A stretch of 64,000 bases of DNA from NCBI GenBank assembly GCA_039630085.1, contig JBCNVM010000006.1, positions 1 to 64,000 on the forward strand. The letters are read 5' to 3'. This stretch comes from Candidatus Caldarchaeales archaeon (lineage in GTDB: Archaea; Thermoproteota; Nitrososphaeria_A; Caldarchaeales; Calditenuaceae). A program made the translations under genes and the position numbers. Below the pieces are notes generated by a model. It saw only the letters and a list, made by a program, of their open reading frames with translations, was not told the origin of the DNA and did not search any database. Shown in pieces: positions 46,228-55,664 of this stretch (positions within the stretch are counted from its first letter, which is position 1; each line of letters begins with the position of its first letter).

Positions 46228-46633
46228 TGAAGTCCGCGGGCTGACCCCTCGAGGGCGCGAAGTAAACGTACCTCCTCGGCGCGCCGCCCCTCGCCAGCCT
46301 CTCCTCTCTGACTAGGTCCAGAAGCACGTGCCCGACCGCGGTCGAGTCGAACCCGTAACCCCTCCTCGCGACCTCCCTCGTCACGTCGGAGAGCGTCCTC
46401 GGCTCCGAGAAGAAGCCCTCCGCCAACAGCTTCTCGACGACCTGCCTGCAGGTAATGGGCCTCGGCCGCTCCTGCTCCCTCTCCGCCCGCTCCGCCGCTC
46501 CCGCCCCGCCCAGCGCCTCGACGACCCTCCTCACGCCCTCCTCGATCTGATCAAGCCCAGCCTCGATCTCGACCTCGAAGGCGCCGACCTTCAGCCTGAC
46601 CTTGACCTTTTCAGTTGACTTTTCCTGAGACAA
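46175..46633 (-). CDS. Hypothetical protein: N-terminal beta-beta-alpha module plus C-terminal winged HTH
   Basis: VKVRLKVGAFEVEIEA; LLAEGFFSEPRTLSDVTREV..GY..L.DLVR..L.R.G..RRYVY. Confidence 0.72.
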   Translation of the reverse strand: MSQEKSTEKVKVRLKVGAFEVEIEAGLDQIEEGVRRVVEALGGAGAAERAEREQERPRPITCRQVVEKLLAEGFFSEPRTLSDVTREVARRGYGFDSTAVGHVLLDLVREERLARGGAPRRYVYFAPSRGQPADFTTSTSRQASRPESEAPP

Positions 46634-46670
46634 GCGCCACACCTTGGGGAACATTTAATAATAAGCGATC

Positions 46671-46732
46671 TTGAATCAATTGATGGGTCATGAAAGTCAT
46701 GAACGGTTTGATGAGCATCATGGACTGCATCA
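46671..46732. promoter_or_regulatory. Cluster of TCA/TGA palindromes in the divergent wHTH / nurA-herA promoter
   Basis: ATCAATTGAT (46675-46684), GTCATGAA twice (46687, 46696), TGATG-AG-CATCA (46709-46720). Confidence 0.45.
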
Positions 46733-46758
46733 GGCTTCAAGGTGCTACGCCGATATTT

Positions 46759-47622
46759 ATGAGTGTAGTCAGCGAGTGCTTAAGCTCGTTCCGGTGGAGG
46801 GAGAGGCGCCCGCGCAGCACGCCAATCGTCCTGGGAATCGAGGGGCTGCTCGACGGTTCCTGCAGGATTCCCGACCTGAGCGATTGCGAGGCCTACGAGC
46901 TGGAGCGGGGCTCGCGGAGAAGCCTGGCCGCGGTCGACGCCTCGGTCGAGGCCATCGGGCTCTGGGACGGAGGGCTGCTGGTCTCGCTGAAGGGCGCGGT
47001 GGTCCAGAGGTCTCCCACCGGTGTCAGAGTGACGGTCCTCGGCCCGGTCCCGAAGTACGCTCCGCTGGAGGCGACGGACGAGCCCCTCGGCGACTCGGTC
47101 CTCCTCCTCGAGCTCAGGTGGTTCGAGCGTCACCTCCAGGCCTTCGCGGCGTTACAGGAGGACGCGGAGCTGCTGCTGTTCGATTCGCCGCTCTCCAGAG
47201 TCGAGAGGAACGTCCTCGAGCTCTCACGGGGCAGGAACGTAATCGGCGTCGTGAAATCGAGCCCGCTGGCCCTGAGCCCGGGGCCCCTTGAACGCTCACC
47301 GATCAACGGGATCGGCGCCGCCGTGCTCGTCAGGAAGGAGGGGTTCGCGGTCACGGTCTCGAAGCTCTCGCCCGACGGACTGCCCTTGAGGATCGACGTC
47401 TGGCCCTCGGAGGGGTGGAGGGAGGCCCTGGAGGACGTCATCGCGAGCGACGGCGTCGTCCACGGGTATCCCGAGTCCTTGGCGCTAGCACACGCGTACT
47501 CCAGGCAGACTTGGCCCGAGGTCCTCGCGCTGAGGTCGCTGCTGACGAGGGAGCTCGGCGTGAAGTGCGTCGAGGCCCCGGACGTGAGGGCGACGGTCCT
47601 CTCACCGTTCGATGGGAGATGA
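46759..47622 (+). CDS. NurA-family nuclease
   Basis: AAVDAS, LLLFDSPL, IGVVKSS, LRIDV, GYPESLALAHAYSR. Start is ATG 46759 or 46690. Confidence 0.75.
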   Translation: MSVVSECLSSFRWRERRPRSTPIVLGIEGLLDGSCRIPDLSDCEAYELERGSRRSLAAVDASVEAIGLWDGGLLVSLKGAVVQRSPTGVRVTVLGPVPKYAPLEATDEPLGDSVLLLELRWFERHLQAFAALQEDAELLLFDSPLSRVERNVLELSRGRNVIGVVKSSPLALSPGPLERSPINGIGAAVLVRKEGFAVTVSKLSPDGLPLRIDVWPSEGWREALEDVIASDGVVHGYPESLALAHAYSRQTWPEVLALRSLLTRELGVKCVEAPDVRATVLSPFDGR

Positions 47623-49055
47623 GGATCTACCGGAAGGCCGGCGACAGGGTCGAGCTCATCGCCCTCGGGAGGGAGCTGAGCCTCGAGAAGGGCGACTACG
47701 TCCTCGCCTCTGACGGCAGCAGCACGCTTGTCCTGCAGGTGATAGACGTGGAGTACGCCGAGCTCCCCGGCGCCCTCGAGGAGACCCTGAGGGACCTCAC
47801 GACCGACGGGTTGGTCCAGCTCGTCAGGCACGACCCCATGGACATCGAGTCTCACGTGAGGGCCGTGAGGGACTCGAGGCTCGTGGTCACGAAGCTCAGG
47901 AAGGTGATCGGGGGGCCGTCCATTTCTTTGCCCTCGAGGCACGCGACGCGGGTCAGGAGGATTTCACCGCCGGAGGTCCTAGACATGGTCTCGGGGCCCC
48001 GGGCGAGGTCGATCGAGCTCGGCGACGGCGTCGCCGTCGACCCGAGGGACATCGAGGGGAGCGTGACGATAGTCACGGGGAGGAAGGAGTCCGGGAAGTC
48101 CCACCTCGCGAAGCTGCTCGCGGTCTCGCTGGTCGAGACGGGCTACACGGTGCTAGTCCTGGACATCAACGGCGAGTACGTCTCTCTGGGGACTAAGAGG
48201 GACGGCGGGAGGAGCGCAGTCCAAGACAGGATGACCGTGCTCTCGCCCGGCATCGACTACCTGATCCCGCTCAACAGGGTCTCTCAGGAGGTCCTGGCCG
48301 ACGTGATGACCTTCGCGCTCGGGCTGCCCCAGACCAGCCTCAGGGAGCTTCTGCGGGCCGCGAGGGAGCTCAGGGAGTCCGGAGGGCTGACGTTCAGAAG
48401 CCTCTACAGGTCCATCAGTCATTCGCAGATGAACGAGTCGGTGAGGGACGCGATACTGAACAGGCTCGCGGCCCTCGAGTCCTCCGGCCTCTTCACCGAC
48501 GAGCGGGGCGTCACCGACGCGCTGGTCGAGTCCCTCTCCTCGCCCGAGGGAAGGCTGGTCGTGCTGGACATGAGCTGCCTCGGCCCGTCGCAGAGGAGGA
48601 TCCTAGTCGAGTACGTCCTGAGCGACCTGAAGGAGCGGCTCTTCGCCGGGGAGCTGGAGCCGCTGATCCTCTTCGCAGAGGAGGCCCACCTCTACCTGAG
48701 GGAGACCTACTGGGAGGACATCGTGACGAGGATGAGGCACATAGGGATATCGACGGTCCTGATCACCAACCAGCCCGACTCGATCCCGGCCCTGATCTAC
48801 AGGCAGGCCGACAACGTCTTCATGTTCAACGCGCGCAACGGCTCGGACATCGAGCACCTCGCGAGGAACCTCGACGTAGACGCGGAGACCCTCAGGTCGA
48901 TCCTCCCGAACCTCGAGAGGGGACACGCCCTGGCCTGGGGCAAGGCGTTCGGTTTCATGCCCGTCGCGCTGGCGGTGAGGGACACGGAGCTGGTCACCCG
49001 AGGGGAGACGAGGCGCAGGTCGGTCAGGAGGGAGAGCGCCGAGGGCGTAAGGTGA
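47619..49055 (+). CDS. HerA/FtsK-family ATPase (DUF87)
   Basis: HAS-barrel-like N-terminus (KGDYVL..VLQVIDVE), Walker A GRKESGKS, LDINGEY, Walker B LFAEEAH, RMRHIG..ITNQP; ATGA overlap with nurA. Confidence 0.85.
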   Translation: MRIYRKAGDRVELIALGRELSLEKGDYVLASDGSSTLVLQVIDVEYAELPGALEETLRDLTTDGLVQLVRHDPMDIESHVRAVRDSRLVVTKLRKVIGGPSISLPSRHATRVRRISPPEVLDMVSGPRARSIELGDGVAVDPRDIEGSVTIVTGRKESGKSHLAKLLAVSLVETGYTVLVLDINGEYVSLGTKRDGGRSAVQDRMTVLSPGIDYLIPLNRVSQEVLADVMTFALGLPQTSLRELLRAARELRESGGLTFRSLYRSISHSQMNESVRDAILNRLAALESSGLFTDERGVTDALVESLSSPEGRLVVLDMSCLGPSQRRILVEYVLSDLKERLFAGELEPLILFAEEAHLYLRETYWEDIVTRMRHIGISTVLITNQPDSIPALIYRQADNVFMFNARNGSDIEHLARNLDVDAETLRSILPNLERGHALAWGKAFGFMPVALAVRDTELVTRGETRRRSVRRESAEGVR

Positions 49056-49109
49056 CCGGCGCGAGCTGCACGACAACTTATTAGCGGCCGCGGAGAACTC
49101 GGAACGAAG

Positions 49110-49922
49110 ATGGCGTTCGCCTTACAGGTCGGCGTCGGTGCGCTCTTCGGTCTCCTGATACTGGTCATCGTACTGATCGCGATCCTGAGGGCCGCCATCA
49201 GGGTGGTCAAGGAGTACGAGAGGGTCGTGGTCTTCAGGCTCGGCCGGATGATCGGGATAAAGGGGCCGGGGCTCATCTTCCTGATACCGATAGTCGACTC
49301 GCCGAGGGTGATCGACCTGAGAATAGTCTCGATAGACGTCCCGAAGCAGAAGATCGTCACGAGGGACAACGTCACGGTCGAGGTCGACGCGGTCGTCTTC
49401 ATGAGGGTCGAGGACCCGCAGGCTGCGGTCCTGAGGGTGAGGGACTACCTGATGGCATCGAGCATGCTCTCGATGACCACGCTCAGGGACGTGATAGGCC
49501 AGGTCGAGCTCGACGACCTCCTGACCAAGAGGGACGAGCTGAACGTCAGGATCCAGCGGATACTCGACGAGGCGACGGAGCCTTGGGGCGTGAAGATAAC
49601 GGCTGTCGCGATAAGGGACGTGGTGCTCCCCGCGGACATGCAGAGGGCGATCGCGAAGCAGGCCGAGGCCGAGAGGGAGAGGAGGAGCAGGGTGATCATG
49701 GCGGAGGGCGAGTTCCTCGCGGCCCAGAAGATGGCCGAGGCCGCGATGGCCTACGCGGCTAACCCGATAGCCCTGAGGCTGAGGGAGCTCCAGACCTGGA
49801 CTGAGATCGCGAGAGAGAAGAACCTGATCATCGTGACCGAAGGCGCCGGAGGGCTGGGGAGCACCGTCGCGACGGCCGCCGGAGTAGCGGGGCATGAGGT
49901 CAGGAAGGGGAAGGCCGAGTAG
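49110..49922 (+). CDS. Stomatin/SPFH (band 7) membrane protein
   Basis: EYERVVVFRLG, GPGLIFLIP, TRDNV, TTLRDVIG, PWGVK, QAEAERERR. Confidence 0.95.
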   Translation: MAFALQVGVGALFGLLILVIVLIAILRAAIRVVKEYERVVVFRLGRMIGIKGPGLIFLIPIVDSPRVIDLRIVSIDVPKQKIVTRDNVTVEVDAVVFMRVEDPQAAVLRVRDYLMASSMLSMTTLRDVIGQVELDDLLTKRDELNVRIQRILDEATEPWGVKITAVAIRDVVLPADMQRAIAKQAEAERERRSRVIMAEGEFLAAQKMAEAAMAYAANPIALRLRELQTWTEIAREKNLIIVTEGAGGLGSTVATAAGVAGHEVRKGKAE

Positions 49923-51228
49923 GGACAGGAGGCCCGCGCTGCTACTGCTGCTAGCCGCGTTCCTGCTGCCGCTCTCTCTGAGTTCAGTCCCCGTCGAGTC
50001 GCAGCCGAGGCCCCGTGTCGCCCTCCTCGAGGTCCAGGGTTACATCTCGACAGCGGTGGCCGAGTGGATCGAACAGTTCCTCGACGCCGCCGAGATCTAC
50101 GACGCTGTGGTCATCACCGTCAACACGTTCGGAGGTCTGGGGGACGCGACCCTGAGGATCGTCGACGCGATCACGAACTCGCCGGCGCCCGTTGTCGTCT
50201 TCGTGTACCCGCCCGGAGGTCAGGCGCTCTCCGCCGGGACCTACATTCTGATGTCGGCGGACCTCGCGGCCATGGCTCCCCACACGATCATCGGGTCGGC
50301 GCAACCCGTGGTCAACGGGGTCCCCTCGCAGGACCCGAAGCTGATCAACTTCCTCGTCGAGAAGATGAGGACCATGGCTAGGATCCACGGACGGAACGAG
50401 ACCCAGGCGGCGAGGTTCGTGACCCACAACGACAACCTGAACCCGACCGCAGCCCTCGAGAGGAGGGTGATCGAGGTGATCGCGGAGGACGTCGGGGACC
50501 TGCTGGAGAAGGCGCACGGGAGGACGGTCAGGAGGCTCGGGGGCGAGGCGACGCTGAACCTCAGGGGCGCGGTGATCGAGAGGATCTCCAGGGACGTCAG
50601 GTCCGAGGTGCTCCACTTCCTCAGCGACCCGATACTCTCGACGCTCCTCATGTCGCTCGGCTTCCTGATACTGATCGTGGGACTCACCCACCCCGGCATC
50701 GGGACCGAGCTGGTCGGGGGCATCCTGATACTCCTGGGGCTGATCGGCCAGGGCTTCAGCGTCAACTTGGTAGGTCTCGGGATAATCGTCCTGGGAGCGG
50801 TCCTCGTGCTCTACGAGTTCTACACCGGCGGGACCCTGATAGCCTTGCCGTTCGGCATAGGCCTCCTCGTCCTCGGATCGATACTGCTGATCCGCTCACC
50901 TCCTGGCGTGATCTACATCGCGCAGAGCTGGCTCGAGGAGGCGATGGTGAGCGTGATACTCGTCGGGACGTTCGCGGGCGCCTTCGTTGGTTTCGTCGTG
51001 TACAAGGTGGCCAGGGCCGCGAGGCGGAGGGCGCTTCAGATGGCCGTCGAGGAGTCCGGGAGGGCCGCGGAGGACATCCCCTCAGGCTCAGTTGGGTACG
51101 TGGTTGTGGGAGGAGAGTACAGGAGGGCCCTCGCGCTCGAGGACGTCAAGCGGGGCGAGGAAGTAAAGGTCGTCGGGAAGAGGGACAACCTGCTCTTGGT
51201 CAGGCCCGCGAGGCCGATGCAGGCCTAA
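49894..51228 (+). CDS. nfeD: NfeD/STOPP membrane-bound ClpP-class serine protease
   Basis: Signal peptide, NTFGG, ALSAGTYILM (Ser), IGSAQP, DPK (Lys), HGRN, TM bundle, C-terminal OB domain. Confidence 0.9.
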   Translation: MRSGRGRPSRDRRPALLLLLAAFLLPLSLSSVPVESQPRPRVALLEVQGYISTAVAEWIEQFLDAAEIYDAVVITVNTFGGLGDATLRIVDAITNSPAPVVVFVYPPGGQALSAGTYILMSADLAAMAPHTIIGSAQPVVNGVPSQDPKLINFLVEKMRTMARIHGRNETQAARFVTHNDNLNPTAALERRVIEVIAEDVGDLLEKAHGRTVRRLGGEATLNLRGAVIERISRDVRSEVLHFLSDPILSTLLMSLGFLILIVGLTHPGIGTELVGGILILLGLIGQGFSVNLVGLGIIVLGAVLVLYEFYTGGTLIALPFGIGLLVLGSILLIRSPPGVIYIAQSWLEEAMVSVILVGTFAGAFVGFVVYKVARAARRRALQMAVEESGRAAEDIPSGSVGYVVVGGEYRRALALEDVKRGEEVKVVGKRDNLLLVRPARPMQA

Positions 51229-51283
51229 CCCGCGCGAAGGGACCAAAAATTCTCCTAAGTTGAGTGCGCTGCGCCGCCGACGT

Positions 51284-51715
51284 TCAGGGCTGTGCGCCGA
51301 AGCGGCCGGTCCCGCGCCTCGGGCCCCTCGGTCTGGAGGCGTTGAAGTACCCTCCTGCGGGCACGGTCCTCTCGGAGAGGTTGTTCTCGGTGTTGACCTC
51401 GCCGATCTCCTCGTCCACGACCTCCACACTCCCGTACCTCCCGAGGTTGAGCTGCATCTTGCCCTTGAAGACCTTGACGTAGGCGTTGGTGACCCTCACG
51501 GTGCTCCCGACCTCCACCTTGTCGATGTCGTCGTCCCAAAGGACCAGCGATATCGCGCCGGTCTTGTCGGCGATCGTCGCGATCGAGAGCCTGTGGTTCG
51601 CGTTGTCGTACTGGCTTCCAACGACGCGGGGCTCGGTCTTCGAGACGACCTTCGCGACCAAGTTCACGCCCCTCGAGCTGGGGCCGAGGTCCTCTATTCT
51701 CTCCACCTTACTCAA
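51284..51715 (-). CDS. ssb: Single-OB-fold ssDNA-binding protein with R/G-rich tail
   Basis: IADKTGAISLVLWD, NAYVKVFKGKMQLNLGRYG, flexible RG tail. Confidence 0.88.
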   Translation of the reverse strand: MSKVERIEDLGPSSRGVNLVAKVVSKTEPRVVGSQYDNANHRLSIATIADKTGAISLVLWDDDIDKVEVGSTVRVTNAYVKVFKGKMQLNLGRYGSVEVVDEEIGEVNTENNLSERTVPAGGYFNASRPRGPRRGTGRFGAQP

Positions 51716-51844
51716 ACGCTTTCACGCCCTATGCGTGCCTCTACCGCTCATAGGGTCGCTTTTTAATGTTCGCGGATCCTGCCCCGCGGAGACGCCGACT
51801 GATACATTCATAACCGGGCTCACGGGAAAGGAGAGTTTGCGGGT

Positions 51845-52987
51845 TTGAACTATTACGGGCTGCTGATGTTCGTCGCGTCGGTCTCGCTGATCGTGGCGCT
51901 GGTCCTCTCGAAGCGGGCGAAGGTCGGGTACGCGGTCGCGGCCGGCGCCTTGGTTTACGGAGCTGCGACTCTGAGGCCTGCGGAGCTGCTGAGCGTCACA
52001 GTCGGGTCCTTCAACCAGAGAATGCTGGAGGTCGCGACGGCCCTAGTGTTTTCGATGACGCTATCCCACGCGATGAGGAGGGACGGCGAGCGGATCTACA
52101 GGGGCATGGTGAGGCTCGGGACGAGGGCTGCTGCGATCGGGATACCTGCGACGATAGGGCTGCTGCCGATGCCCGGGGGAGCGTACGTCTCCGCGACGAT
52201 CGCGGACCAGCTCTACGAGAGGGTGAACATGGACAGGAGGGTCAGGACCTTCGTGAACTACTGGTGGAGGCACATCTGGATATCGGTCTGGCCGCTCTAC
52301 CAGGGCGTGATACTGGCCTCCGCGGTCCTCCACGCGGGCGTCGTCGAGGTGATCTCGAGGACCTGGCCTGCTGCACTGGCGGCTGCGATCGCCGGCTTCG
52401 CGATGATGCCCAGGATCCCGAAGGTGAGCGACCTCGGCCTGCTCGAGGACCTAGCGTCGCTGTGGCCCTTGGGGCTGGTCGCCGTCCTCTCGTTCCTCGT
52501 GCCCCTCCCGATCGCGATCGGCTTGACCCTCCTCGCGTACGTCCTAGTCAGCAGGATGAGCGCGAAGGAGTTCCTCGAGGCCCTCAGGCTCGGGACCAAC
52601 CCGAACGTGATGATGATCATCGTCGGGTCGCTGGTCTTCTCGAGCTACATCGTCGCCACGGGACTGAACCTCGACCTCGCGGAGATGCTAGGCCCCTACG
52701 GCCCGATCGCCGTCTTCTCGGTGCCGCTGGTCATAGGACTGGCTACGGGGATAGAGTTCGCCTTCGTCGCGCTCGCATTTCCCCCGCTCCTGGGGCTGCT
52801 GGACGGATACATGGTCGCCCTCGCCTTCGCAGGAGGACACATCGGGGTGATGCTGAGCCCCGCCCACAGCTGCTTCGTCCTCTCCTCGGAGTACTTCAGG
52901 ACGCCCCTCAACGACGTCTACCCGCTCCTCGCGAGGGCCATAATGATCGAGGTCCCGCTGATCGCGCTGCTCTTGGCGGTCCTCTGA
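51845..52987 (+). CDS. DUF401 family membrane protein
   Basis: IGLLPMPGGA..SA, VNYWWRHIW..WPLY, GVMLSPAHSC..S.EYF. Confidence 0.85.
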   Translation: MNYYGLLMFVASVSLIVALVLSKRAKVGYAVAAGALVYGAATLRPAELLSVTVGSFNQRMLEVATALVFSMTLSHAMRRDGERIYRGMVRLGTRAAAIGIPATIGLLPMPGGAYVSATIADQLYERVNMDRRVRTFVNYWWRHIWISVWPLYQGVILASAVLHAGVVEVISRTWPAALAAAIAGFAMMPRIPKVSDLGLLEDLASLWPLGLVAVLSFLVPLPIAIGLTLLAYVLVSRMSAKEFLEALRLGTNPNVMMIIVGSLVFSSYIVATGLNLDLAEMLGPYGPIAVFSVPLVIGLATGIEFAFVALAFPPLLGLLDGYMVALAFAGGHIGVMLSPAHSCFVLSSEYFRTPLNDVYPLLARAIMIEVPLIALLLAVL

Positions 52988-52989
52988 GC

Positions 52990-54975
52990 TCAGAAGAGCT
53001 CCGAGAGGTCCCTCACCTTGACCCTGTCCTCGACCCCCAGCACCCTCACCGCGTCCTCGAGCATCGCGAGGCAGAAGGGGCACTCCGCGACGATAACGCC
53101 GGCCCCCGTGCTCAGGGCCTCCTCGACCCTCTGGACGCTCTCCCTCTTGACCCTCTTGACCTCGTACCAGTAGTTCCCTCCTCCGCCGCCGCAGCAGAAG
53201 GTTTCCCTGCCGCTCCTGGGCATCTCCCTCAGCTCCGCGCCCGCCAGCGCGGCCCTCGGCTCGTCGACGATGCCGTTGTGCCTCGCGACGTAGCAGGAGT
53301 CGTGGAGCGTGACCGAGATCGCCTCCCTTACCCTGATCCTCCCCTCCCTCACGAGCCTCCCCAGCAGGACCGAGTGGTGGACGACCTCGACGTCAAGCCC
53401 GAACTCCCTGTACTCGTTCTTCAGGACTTGGTAGCAGTGAGGACAGTGGGTCAGGACCTTCCTCGCGTTGACGGACCTCAGCAACTCCACGTTCCTGTAG
53501 GCCTGCTCTTGGAACCTGCCCTCCTCGCCCATCCTCCTCGCCGACTCGCCGGTGCAGGTCTCGAGGGGCCCGAGGACCGCGAAGCTCACGCCGGCCCGCG
53601 TCAGGACCTCCGCGAGCCTCTTCACGACCTGCCTGGCCCTCTGGTCGAAGGTCGAGAGGCATCCGACCCAGAAGACGTACTCCGCGTCGGGGTATTCTTC
53701 GACCGTCCTGACGCCCATCGCCCTCAGCTCCGAGACCAGATCCTGCCTCGCCGACTGCGGGAGCCCGTACATGTTCCCGGTCCTGCCGAGGTTGGTGAGG
53801 GCCTCTACCGCCCGCCTCTCGAGCCTCCCCTCCAGCGTGAGGGCCCTCCTGGCCTCGAGCACATACTCCATCGGGCTGATGGTGACGGGACAGACCTCGG
53901 CACAGGCCGCGCAGGTGGTGCACGCGAAGAGTTCCTCGTAGGTCAGCACTCCGGACTCGAGGACATCGCGCCCTCCGTCCTGACTCGAACGCCACATCTC
54001 GGCCCTCAGCTTCTGGACGACCATCCTCGGCGAGAGCGGCGTGCCGGCCGCGAAGGCGGGGCACGCGGCCTCGCACCTGCCGCAGTCGGTGCAGGCGTCG
54101 AGCCCCATCCTCTGGTACCAGTCCAGCTCGCTGACCCTCCTGAACCCGACCTTTACCTCGGCGTCGGGGCTCAGCTCCTCGAGCTTGAACGGCGTCTTCG
54201 CGAGGACCGGAGGCCTGGGCGCGGCGTATGACAGCCCGGCGTAGAAGACGGCCACTACCGTGTGGAGGAGGTTCGTGAACGGAATCGCCGCGACGAGGGA
54301 GAAGGCGACGACCGCGTGCGTCCACCAGACCCAGGGGTAGAGCTCCGAGGCGAGCGCCTTGGGGACCTCGAGGGCCGAGAGCGAGGCCGCGACCGCGTTC
54401 CCGACGAACGAGTAGCCGGCCCAGGGGACTCCTTGGACGTGGAGCCTGAGGCCCTCGATCGCGAACCCCGAGACCCCGATGAAGAGGATCCCGTAGAGGT
54501 AAGCGTAATACTCGAGCCTCTGCCTGAGCCTCTTCACCCCCGAGTACCTCCTGCCCAGCGCGACGACGACGCCGTATATCATCAGCAAGCCGAAGAGGTC
54601 CATCGCGGCCTCGAAGGCGACGTAGCCCGTCCCCTGCAGCAGCTTCCCGCCGAGCCTCTCGAAGACGTCGAAGTCGATCGCCACGAGCACGGTCCCGATG
54701 AATAGGACGAGAATCCCGTAGCTGAGCGCGACGTGCATCGCGCCCGCTCCGACCTCCTTCAGGAGCCTCTTCTGAGCGACCGCGTACCTCATCACCCCCC
54801 TCAGCCAGGCGACCGGATCCCTGAGTACCGCCTTCAGCGCCTCCCATCCGTACTCGGACATCTTCAGGTAGAACCCGTAAAGGAAGACGGCCGCGAACGG
54901 CAGCAGGACGAGGTACATCGCGACCTCCGTCCACTCCGGGAGGAGGGCGAAGTTCTCCCTCGCAGGGACCTCCAC
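52990..54975 (-). CDS. Membrane Fe-S oxidoreductase (NarI-like TM, 2x[4Fe-4S], two CCG domains; FadF/EMO-like)
   Basis: CTDCGRCEAACP, CTTCAACAEVCP, WVGC, CTGE, CPHC, HDSCY, CCGGGGG, CPFC. GTG 54975 preferred; the track extension overlaps the Nudix gene. Confidence 0.88.
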   Translation of the reverse strand: MEVPARENFALLPEWTEVAMYLVLLPFAAVFLYGFYLKMSEYGWEALKAVLRDPVAWLRGVMRYAVAQKRLLKEVGAGAMHVALSYGILVLFIGTVLVAIDFDVFERLGGKLLQGTGYVAFEAAMDLFGLLMIYGVVVALGRRYSGVKRLRQRLEYYAYLYGILFIGVSGFAIEGLRLHVQGVPWAGYSFVGNAVAASLSALEVPKALASELYPWVWWTHAVVAFSLVAAIPFTNLLHTVVAVFYAGLSYAAPRPPVLAKTPFKLEELSPDAEVKVGFRRVSELDWYQRMGLDACTDCGRCEAACPAFAAGTPLSPRMVVQKLRAEMWRSSQDGGRDVLESGVLTYEELFACTTCAACAEVCPVTISPMEYVLEARRALTLEGRLERRAVEALTNLGRTGNMYGLPQSARQDLVSELRAMGVRTVEEYPDAEYVFWVGCLSTFDQRARQVVKRLAEVLTRAGVSFAVLGPLETCTGESARRMGEEGRFQEQAYRNVELLRSVNARKVLTHCPHCYQVLKNEYREFGLDVEVVHHSVLLGRLVREGRIRVREAISVTLHDSCYVARHNGIVDEPRAALAGAELREMPRSGRETFCCGGGGGNYWYEVKRVKRESVQRVEEALSTGAGVIVAECPFCLAMLEDAVRVLGVEDRVKVRDLSELF

Positions 54976-55074
54976 GGACTTAATGGCCTCGTCGGAGCTA
55001 AAAACGGTGTTCTGGCTTGTGCGTTGCGCGTGGACTGGCCGCAGCCTTATACCTCGGGCTCCAGGGCCGCGGGC

Positions 55075-55629
55075 GTGGGGGTCAAGGTCCTCGAGTCGAG
55101 GAGGGTCTACTCGGGAAGAACGGTGGGCCTGAGGGTGGAGAGGGTCTCGGTGAACGGGAGGGTCGTCCTGAGGGAGATCGTCGAGCACCGGGGGGCTGTG
55201 GTGATAATCCCGCTCCGCGATGACGGCAGGTTGGTCCTGGTGAGGCAGTACAGGCGACCGGTCGACGAGGAAGTCCTTGAGTTCCCCGCTGGGACGCTCG
55301 AGCTCGGCGAGGAACCTGAGGGCTGCGCGAGGAGGGAGCTCCTCGAGGAGACCGGACATGAGGCCCTCTCCCTCGAGAGGCTCGCGACCGTCTACCCCGC
55401 CCCCGGCTACTCCGAGGAGTCGATGCACATCTTCTTCGCTAGGGCGGTGCCGAAGAGCGGTCCTACGCCGGAGGACGACGAGGAGCTAAGGGTCGTGACG
55501 TTGACGCTCGAGGAGCTGATCGGGATGGTGCTGAGCGGAGAGGTCAGGGACGCGAAGACGATCGTGGGAGCCTTCCTGCTGAGGGAGAGGCTCGAGAGAG
55601 CTCACCGACCGGCGGCCGGGTTCCGGTGA
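55075..55629 (+). CDS. Nudix hydrolase, ADP-ribose pyrophosphatase-like
   Basis: REIVEHRGAV, LVRQYR, EFPAGTLELGE..CARRELLEETG, PGYS, DAKT. Confidence 0.9.
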   Translation: MGVKVLESRRVYSGRTVGLRVERVSVNGRVVLREIVEHRGAVVIIPLRDDGRLVLVRQYRRPVDEEVLEFPAGTLELGEEPEGCARRELLEETGHEALSLERLATVYPAPGYSEESMHIFFARAVPKSGPTPEDDEELRVVTLTLEELIGMVLSGEVRDAKTIVGAFLLRERLERAHRPAAGFR

Positions 55630-55664
55630 CACGTTTATCAGAAGTCCCGGAGGGCCTTCCGCGG

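Noticed and set aside
54976-55428. Apparent N-terminal extensions in track ORFs (52990..55428, 32490..34364, 39092..41527, 26786..28141, 47415..49055)
   Set aside because: They overlap neighbouring real genes and lack family similarity; better downstream starts exist, so these are not domain fusions.
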